Positions 7,770-12,423 of a stretch of DNA of 12,423 nt are shown one piece after another. Source of the DNA: an uncultured Nitrososphaerota archaeon (lineage in GTDB: Archaea; Korarchaeota; Korarchaeia; Korarchaeales; Korarchaeaceae); the NCBI GenBank assembly GCA_964480775.1, contig CAYZRF010000036.1, positions 1 through 12,423 on the forward strand, read 5' to 3'. Each line of letters starts with the position of its first letter. The first letter of the stretch is position 1. A program made the position numbers and the translations under genes. The notes beneath the pieces are model-generated. The model had not been told where the DNA came from and made no database searches. It worked only from the letters and a program-made list of their open reading frames with translations.

Positions 7770-8701
7770 CCGAGCACCCTCCCACCATGAAATCTTCCAA
7801 TTACCTTTCCCCATGGAAGGCTCTTCATTCCTTCTGGGAAGACGAAAATCGTGATGATCATGGTCAAGAGAGGAACTAGGAAGCTATAAGATAGGATCCA
7901 AGACCCTATAATACTAGAAAGATACGATACCAAGGCAGTTTGAGCTATTGCCACCATGTATCCTCCTAATGACGCATCATATATCGTGGTGAACCCGCCC
8001 AAAACGCACCCGCTGAAGACTGTAACCACAACGAATAAAGAAGTGGTTGGGTTAGAGATCCAATAAACTGGGAAAAAGGCCCCTGCTACTGCAGGAAGAG
8101 CTCCTACAATGAACCAAGTAATCAAGTAAATGAACTCTGTGTTGACTCCATCGCACTCCGCAAGGAATGGCTTCTCACCTATTGCTTTCATCGCCATCCC
8201 AAGATTAGTCTTTGTAAATAGAAAGTGCATTACAATGAGTACTGAGAAAAAGAGGATCGTTGAAATTACAAACACTCCGTCCATTCCAAATATTTGCCTG
8301 TCATATACTGAGAAAGTAAAATCCCTAGCCATTATCTTAAAGCTTCTTGTCAAATAATCTGCGTATATGTTTATTATGGCCATTAAAAAAATGTCTAAGG
8401 CCAGCGTAGCTATCATGAGCTCCTCACTTGTTGCTCCTCTCCTTCTTAACGGCTTGATCAATAGTAAATATGTAAGGGCCCCGACAAGCCCTCCTCCTAT
8501 GAAACAGAGAGGAATAGAGGAGTAAAGTCCTAATCCAATTAGCTTTATGCATGTAAAGGCTATGTATATGCCCACAGTCCCAAAAGTCGCAACCGCAAAA
8601 TTTGGGACGTTGGTTTTAGATAGGGCAAGGGTTGCAGACATAGCCATAAAGGCAATTACATTAGCAAAGACAATGGCATGCGATATTAAAGGGGGTAGAA
8701 T
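7766..8701 (-). CDS. livH: Branched-chain amino acid-type ABC transporter permease (LivH-like); the 5' end probably lies upstream of the first ATG
   Basis: LivH-like motifs include NFAVATFGTVG (cf. INFAHGE), TNLGMAMKAIGEKPFLAECDGVN and CVLGGFTTIYDASLGG. The first ATG is 8647, but the frame stays open to 8722 and encodes ILPPLISHAIVFANVIAF, which completes TM1. The SD GGGAGGGAGG (8710-8719) lies 8 nt before ATT 8701-8699. Confidence 0.85.
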   Translation of the reverse strand: MLPPLISHAIVFANVIAFMAMSATLALSKTNVPNFAVATFGTVGIYIAFTCIKLIGLGLYSSIPLCFIGGGLVGALTYLLLIKPLRRRGATSEELMIATLALDIFLMAIINIYADYLTRSFKIMARDFTFSVYDRQIFGMDGVFVISTILFFSVLIVMHFLFTKTNLGMAMKAIGEKPFLAECDGVNTEFIYLITWFIVGALPAVAGAFFPVYWISNPTTSLFVVVTVFSGCVLGGFTTIYDASLGGYMVAIAQTALVSYLSSIIGSWILSYSFLVPLLTMIITIFVFPEGMKSLPWGKVIGRFHGGRVLG

Positions 8702-8732
8702 CTCGATCGCCTCCCTCCCTGCTCAAATGGCG

Positions 8733-8745
8733 TTTTATAAAAAAA
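8733..8745 (-). promoter_or_regulatory. TATA-like box proximal to livH
   Basis: The minus strand reads TTTTTTTATAAAA, about 32 nt upstream of the proposed ATT start. Caveat: a start site about 25 nt downstream would fall on or next to the SD, so its role is uncertain. Confidence 0.25.
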
Positions 8746-9008
8746 CTTAGCAATGGGAAGGGTAAGCAAGATGGGTAAAGCCAATTTTCATAAACCGTCT
8801 TTGAAGGGGAAGTTGAGTGTAGCGTCCCTGGCGATCTTAGACGTTTCTTCATTGCTAAAGAAAAAGTGTATTTAGCTAGAATATCAATTAATAACTGTAA
8901 AACAGATGCACCAAATAGATCTAGGGAATCTTCAAGTTTACCACTTTCTGCCATAGTACACACCCTCGGGAAGGGTTTCGTTAGCAACGAGATGCGTCTT
9001 TAAAGGCT

Positions 9009-9031
9009 TTTTGGACAGCTCTACTTGACCA
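9009..9031 (-). promoter_or_regulatory. Copy B of the conserved 23-nt motif, about 300 nt upstream of livH, preceded by an A/T box
   Basis: Matches 6631-6653 at 21 of 23 positions. On the minus strand it is preceded by AAAATTTTAAC (9037-9046), at about the same spacing as the T7 tract at copy A. Confidence 0.4.
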
Positions 9032-9111
9032 ATTCGTTAAAATTTTGAACAGAATCTAAGAATGTTAATTTGGAGTGATTTAGATAGGCTTGTTGATGAA
9101 GTTGATAGGCA

Positions 9112-9125
9112 AATATCTCTAAAAA
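9112..9125 (-). terminator. Oligo-T tract directly after the GTPase stop codon
   Basis: The minus strand reads TAG-TTTTTAGAGATATTT, with T5 starting at the base after the stop codon. Confidence 0.3.
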
Positions 9126-9833
9126 CTATGAAAACTGAGTTTTCGCGTTGATTTTTCTTACTAATAACCTGACAGCTTCCTCTATGTTCTCTCCACTAAG
9201 GGCGCTTGTTTCGATATAACCATCGAAACCAAGTTCCTCAGCTAGCTTCGTTGGATCCACCCCAATGCGGATCCTCAGATCTCTCTTCGTTCCTACAAGG
9301 ACCAATGGGACCCTACCAATGTTGTTCTCTGCTTCTTTTACCCATCCTGGCACATCTTTTATGCTCTGATCATCTACGAGGCTGAAGGCAATGAATCCTC
9401 CAGAACAACCCTTGTAGAATGCTGGTCTCATGAACCCAAACCTCTCTTGACCAGCCATGTCCCATATAACCAGCTTAAACAGCGTTCCGTCTATCACCAT
9501 GTCTTTAGAGTAGAAATCAACACCTATAGTCATCTTATAGCTCTTGTCAAATACTCCTAGAGCGAATCTCCTGCAAAAAGAGGTCTTACCAACGCCTCCA
9601 TTTCCAGAGATGAAGAGTTTGAGTCTTCTAACGTCCTTAAGGATGCTTACCTTTAAGAGAAGATCTGCAGCCTCATCTGGCCCCAATTTCTCTGCTGCCT
9701 CATAGTAGAGGTCCTGAATGACCTTATCAGTGAGTTCATCGCTCTCCTTCAGACCCCTATTGGTCAACCATTTATCAAGGTCTTTCCCAGCATATTTTCT
9801 TAATCTGGGTAGAAAGTCCCCAAGTTTAGGCAT
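9126..9833 (-). CDS. Rab/Ras-like small GTPase with an N-terminal helical extension of about 70 aa
   Basis: G1 GNGGVGKTS; switch I YKMTIGVDF; G3 KLVIWDMAGQERF; G4 LVGTKRDL ([NT]KxD); G5 ETSALSGENIEEA. I prefer ATG 9833 (MPKLGDF...), because the track's GTG at 9842 is part of the SD GGTGG, 5 nt upstream of that ATG. Confidence 0.88.
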   Translation of the reverse strand: MPKLGDFLPRLRKYAGKDLDKWLTNRGLKESDELTDKVIQDLYYEAAEKLGPDEAADLLLKVSILKDVRRLKLFISGNGGVGKTSFCRRFALGVFDKSYKMTIGVDFYSKDMVIDGTLFKLVIWDMAGQERFGFMRPAFYKGCSGGFIAFSLVDDQSIKDVPGWVKEAENNIGRVPLVLVGTKRDLRIRIGVDPTKLAEELGFDGYIETSALSGENIEEAVRLLVRKINAKTQFS

Positions 9834-9944
9834 GATAACCACCGCTTGCCGCCATAAAGGACGACGGCACCTTTGATTTGTTTCCTAGCCTTCTACATTT
9901 GAAGCTTAAAATAAGATCTTTTCCTTTAATGTTCATACCGTAAG

Positions 9945-9960
9945 GAACAAAGCCAAAAAG
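9945..9960 (-). terminator. T-rich tract after the membrane-protein gene
   Basis: The minus strand reads CTTCCTTTTTGGCTTTGTTCC, about 35-50 nt after the stop at 9996. A TTATTTTAAG box (about 9905-9915) follows upstream of the GTPase gene. Confidence 0.2.
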
Positions 9961-9995
9961 GAAGAGCTTTCCCCATCTTTCTTTAGAGAGCATTA

Positions 9996-10799
9996 CTAGT
10001 CATTCTGCAGTTTAACTTTTGATACGATCTTTCTAGCTTGACTGTAATAGAAGAAGGGGAGAAATGCTGAAATGGAGGGATAAATAAGCCTAATTAATGA
10101 GATGAGAAACTTACCTGAGAATATGGGGAGTTCCATTCTTTTAAGCCAAAAAGATACGTCTACAAATACCGTCAGAAAACTTACGATTTGAAAGACGATC
10201 ATGATGCTCCTCAGAAGCCCTTTTGGTAGAGTTAAACTTCCTATAGTCGACAGAGCTAGACACAGTATGTCTAGCAGTATGTGAAGCAGTAGGATTGATG
10301 GTACATCGAAGATATTCCTTACCTCTTGAAAGGGTGGGGCCGTTTTTGCTATAAGCATGTTGAAAAGGAAGAACATCGAGCCCAGAAGGATTAACAACAA
10401 TACCAAGATCTTCTTCCAATCCATTAGAGCGAACCTTGTGGAAAGGACTAAAGTCATTCCTAAGATTAAAGGGGCATAAGAAGTTAGCTCAATTGCCGCT
10501 ATGATAGAGAGGAGTTTCCAAGCTGGCTTAGAGAGCAGTAAAAGCTTTGGTATTCCAATGAGGAGAAGGTAAATGCCAAAGAGAAGGCAATACTTTCTAG
10601 CTAAGGACTTAGGTCTGTGAAGTTTTGAGGATGAGAACCAAGCGACAGCTCCTATTATCACAAGAGAAGGTACTATTAGCTCGGGATAAGGGTATCTCAC
10701 GATCTTCCTTGTAATAAGGGTGATTGTGAGGAGGGATGTGAATAGGCTCGATGTCAATATCAGGCTGTAGTCGGCCAGTGAAAGAGCAGGCTTTTCCAT
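9996..10799 (-). CDS. Polytopic integral membrane protein of unknown family (about 7-8 hydrophobic spans by eye)
   Basis: 267-aa ORF, very Leu/Ile/Phe-rich, with short basic loops (RKIVRYP, HRPKSLARK, MDWKK, WLKRM). ATG 10799 lies 8 nt after the TAG of the upstream Roadblock-like gene. I recognised no catalytic or transporter motif. Confidence 0.7.
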   Translation of the reverse strand: MEKPALSLADYSLILTSSLFTSLLTITLITRKIVRYPYPELIVPSLVIIGAVAWFSSSKLHRPKSLARKYCLLFGIYLLLIGIPKLLLLSKPAWKLLSIIAAIELTSYAPLILGMTLVLSTRFALMDWKKILVLLLILLGSMFFLFNMLIAKTAPPFQEVRNIFDVPSILLLHILLDILCLALSTIGSLTLPKGLLRSIMIVFQIVSFLTVFVDVSFWLKRMELPIFSGKFLISLIRLIYPSISAFLPFFYYSQARKIVSKVKLQND

Positions 10800-10807
10800 G
10801 AACGATC

Positions 10808-11692
10808 CTATATCTGCGACTCGACTTTTTCAAAAAGCTTTTTCAAAGCCTCCTTAAGTTCCATTCCCTTCCCTCTTAAGTAGTCCAAATCCCTTCTCAA
10901 TAGCCTTTCTCCGTCCTCATACAGCAGCACGTATAAGTTCAACGTTCGTTCGTATAGATCCTGCAGCTCTGCAGGCACATAGAATGGCGTCTCTTGTTTT
11001 TCAGATGAGATAATTTCTCTTAGATCTTTTATCCTCTCGAACAAAACATCCAAGTCAGCTTCTTCTTCATTTATTCCTAGTAAGAGAAGTCCGTTCCCTA
11101 CTATCGCTACTAGAACTGGAGCTATTTCCGATTCAATCCTGAGAATGGCATCTTTCCTACGCAAACCTCTAGATCGAGCTATTTCTTTATAGACTCTCTC
11201 ACAAACCTCCCTTATCCTCTCTTCACTGGCCTGGGTTCTGATACTCCACTCACTATCAACATCTCGATAGGCTATGAATTCAATGCCTAACGCTCCACTG
11301 AAATAATAGGGAACAAATTCCTTTTGGCCAACATAACTCAAGACCGTCGCGTCTATCTCTTTCTTAAACCCTCTAAACTTTCCTTTTTCACTTTCATGGA
11401 TAGCTAAGAATTTGTTTGAGATACCTTCGCATATGGCCTCAGCGGTCTCTATCTTCACATCATTGTCAGAAAAGACTATGAATAAGAGGTCTCTTGCCCT
11501 TTTGAATGCGAGATACTGGGACCCTAACATAACTTTTCCAACATCAGTTTTTCCAATCTGTTCCATTAACGGTGTAATCAAATTCACTATGCTAGCTGTG
11601 GCTTCTATCTGCTCAGGCGGCAGCGATCCATAGCTTCTTCTGATTATCACCATGCCTGCATTGTTTGTTATTATCACGTCCCTAACTGGCAA
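10808..11692 (-). CDS. Protein with two tandem Roadblock/LC7 (MglB/longin-like) domains and a helical C-terminal tail
   Basis: Residues about 3-100 are VRDVIITNNAGMVIIRRSYGSL..EQIEATASIVNLITPLMEQIG..VGKVMLGSQYLAFKRARDLLFIVFSDNDVKIETAE. This fits the Roadblock pattern: two strands, a long helix, two strands, then a C-terminal helix. Residues about 125-225 repeat the pattern: IEFIAYRDVDSEWSIRT..ERIREVCERVYKEIARS..AILRIESEIAPVLVAIVGNGLLLLGINEEEADLDVLFERI. TTG start preceded by GGTGAT. The assignment is by pattern only. Confidence 0.65.
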   Translation of the reverse strand: MPVRDVIITNNAGMVIIRRSYGSLPPEQIEATASIVNLITPLMEQIGKTDVGKVMLGSQYLAFKRARDLLFIVFSDNDVKIETAEAICEGISNKFLAIHESEKGKFRGFKKEIDATVLSYVGQKEFVPYYFSGALGIEFIAYRDVDSEWSIRTQASEERIREVCERVYKEIARSRGLRRKDAILRIESEIAPVLVAIVGNGLLLLGINEEEADLDVLFERIKDLREIISSEKQETPFYVPAELQDLYERTLNLYVLLYEDGERLLRRDLDYLRGKGMELKEALKKLFEKVESQI

Positions 11693-11915
11693 GTATCACC
11701 AGCCAGCAAACTATTTCAATTGGCCGATTTAAACATGAGTTCTTTCAAGAACCACTCAGTATTATCCGTTAGTTTTTAAGAAATTGTTTGCTCTCTGAGG
11801 TTTTAATTTTAGAACCAATAGTGCCCTCTCTCTCAACAGATATTCTTCCACGACCTCCATGACCACTTGCCCATCTGGTTTTTGGCTCGTGGACGCTATC
11901 GTTACTCGCCCCAAA

Positions 11916-11933
11916 TTGAGCCTTCCGGCTCAA
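11916..11933. repeat. Perfect 7+7 inverted repeat TTGAGCC-TTCC-GGCTCAA in the divergent intergenic region
   Basis: Read directly: ttgagcc (11916-11922), loop ttcc, ggctcaa (11927-11933). It lies about 80 nt upstream of ATG 12012 and about 225 nt upstream of the Roadblock-gene start. Confidence 0.5.
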
Positions 11934-11969
11934 CTTCCTTTATCTGCAAAACGTTGTCCGAAATTGCGA

Positions 11970-12003
11970 GCCTCCTTTGAGAAATCTTATTAAAGAAGGA
12001 GGC
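11970..12003 (+). promoter_or_regulatory. Hairpin that sequesters the SD of the 12012 gene (anti-SD GCCTCCTT paired with AAGGAGGC)
   Basis: gcctcctt (11970-11977) is the exact reverse complement of aaggaggc (11996-12003), giving 8 uninterrupted base pairs and an 18-nt loop. The 3' arm is the SD AAGGAGG, 8 nt upstream of ATG 12012. Confidence 0.45.
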
Positions 12004-12011
12004 AATAAATT

Positions 12012-12423
12012 ATGAAGATGAAAAACAAAATCTTGACCGCTACTATTGTGGTTTTAGTTTTGGCATCTGGCTTGATTGGCTGGAAATATTTTAAAGGAGA
12101 AAAAGAAATGATTTTTGTAACAGGAACCATAAAATACATTTCTATAGATGGCGGATTTTACGGAATTATCACAGAAAAAGGGGAAAAATATCTGCCTATT
12201 AACTTGCCAGAGGAATTTAAAAAGGATGGTCTAAGAGTTTGGTTTAAAGCAAAGCCAAGAAAGGTAGCTACAATTCAAATGTGGGGGAAGCCAATTGAGA
12301 TTTTGGAGATTATAAAAGCTGAAGCGTGGGCGCTAAAGGAATCGGCACAAAAGATATTATTAAGTACAAGGGTAGCTTGCTGGTATCAAACCATAACAGA
12401 TTATAAAGCCTTTAACAGAACCT
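12012..12423 (+). CDS. Signal-anchored or secreted hypothetical protein, partial (runs off the right edge)
   Basis: Manual translation, open to the window end: MKMKNKILTATIVVLVLASGLIGWKYFKGEKEMIFVTGTIKYISIDGGFYGIITEKGEKYLPINLPEEFKKDGLRVWFKAKPRKVATIQMWGKPIEILEI.... Strong SD AAGGAGG. An N-terminal basic segment plus a hydrophobic helix is followed by a small beta-rich domain. It is absent from the ORF track, presumably because there is no stop codon within the window. Confidence 0.7.
   Translation, partial: MKMKNKILTATIVVLVLASGLIGWKYFKGEKEMIFVTGTIKYISIDGGFYGIITEKGEKYLPINLPEEFKKDGLRVWFKAKPRKVATIQMWGKPIEILEIIKAEAWALKESAQKILLSTRVACWYQTITDYKAFNRT

Noticed and set aside
8130-8750. Two + strand ORFs (8130-8357 and 8547-8750) over livH
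   Set aside because: Both are antisense to the LivH-like permease frame. They are shadow ORFs.
8661-8987. 108-aa minus-strand ORF upstream of and overlapping livH
   Set aside because: The C-terminal third is an out-of-frame read-through of the livH SD and start region (…REGGDRDSTPFNIACHCLC). The middle is Ser/Pro/Leu-rich with no motif, and only the first 35 or so residues look protein-like. It is kept as part of the unexplained-spacer finding and not called as a gene.
9094-9139. Possible C/D-box sRNA (TTGATGA at 9094-9100, CTGA at 9136-9139, + strand)
   Set aside because: The C box lacks the leading purine. There are no credible internal D' or C' boxes at the proper spacing and no terminal stem. 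The putative D box lies inside the 3' end of the GTPase gene.
10141-10833. Two minus-strand ORFs (10141-10419 and 10609-10833) overlapping the membrane-protein gene in other frames
   Set aside because: These are alternative frames of a strongly hydrophobic, consistently open 267-codon ORF. Their products are Arg/Ser/His-rich with no signals.
11412-11633. 73-aa + strand ORF inside the Roadblock-like gene
   Set aside because: It is antisense to the better-supported 294-codon ORF and has no start signals.
11769-11933. 54-codon minus-strand ORF (TTG start), MSRKAQFGASNDSVHEPKTRWASGHGGRGRISVEREGTIGSKIKTSESKQFLKN, upstream of the Roadblock gene
   Set aside because: The start codon is part of the perfect palindrome and has no SD. 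The product is Gly/Arg/Ser-rich and low-complexity with no recognisable family. It could be a real small basic protein, but sequence alone gives no positive support.
1-12423. Scan for CRISPR arrays, rRNA, tRNA, transposase or integrase genes and long direct or inverted repeats
   Set aside because: I saw no regularly spaced 24-40 nt repeats, no rRNA- or tRNA-like conserved blocks and no recognisable transposase, integrase or recombinase motif in any listed ORF. The only repeat found is the 23-nt motif reported above. This was a visual scan, not an exhaustive computation.

Overview
The window looks archaeal. Evidence: an archaeal-type serine hydroxymethyltransferase, A/T-rich TATA-like boxes about 25-35 nt upstream of starts, GGTGA/GGAGG Shine-Dalgarno motifs often paired with TTG starts, oligo-T tracts after stop codons, and Glu/Lys/Ile-rich proteins that suggest a thermophile. 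The taxon cannot be fixed from sequence alone.

Layout, left to right:
- (a) The 3' tail of a truncated + strand ORF.
- (b) A decayed type I R-M methylase gene (hsdM) carrying a frameshift, an in-frame TAA and a 3' truncation. Beside it is a 40-codon Cys-motif ORF that looks like the severed N-terminus of a Mo/W-pterin oxidoreductase.
- (c) glyA on the + strand.
- (d) A long minus-strand branched-chain amino acid (BCAA)-type ABC transporter operon in the order livH-livM-livK-livG-livF. An MBL-fold hydrolase gene is translationally coupled to its end.
- (e) A minus-strand cluster: a tandem Roadblock/LC7-like protein, then an orphan 7-8 TM membrane protein, then a strongly Rab-like small GTPase.
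- (f) A divergent intergenic region with a perfect palindrome and a hairpin that sequesters the Shine-Dalgarno (SD) site, followed by a partial + strand gene for a signal-anchored protein.

The most interesting candidate is the Roadblock / membrane protein / Rab-like GTPase module. I recognised no rRNA, tRNA, CRISPR array or transposase. All family assignments come from motif recognition by eye; no searches were run.
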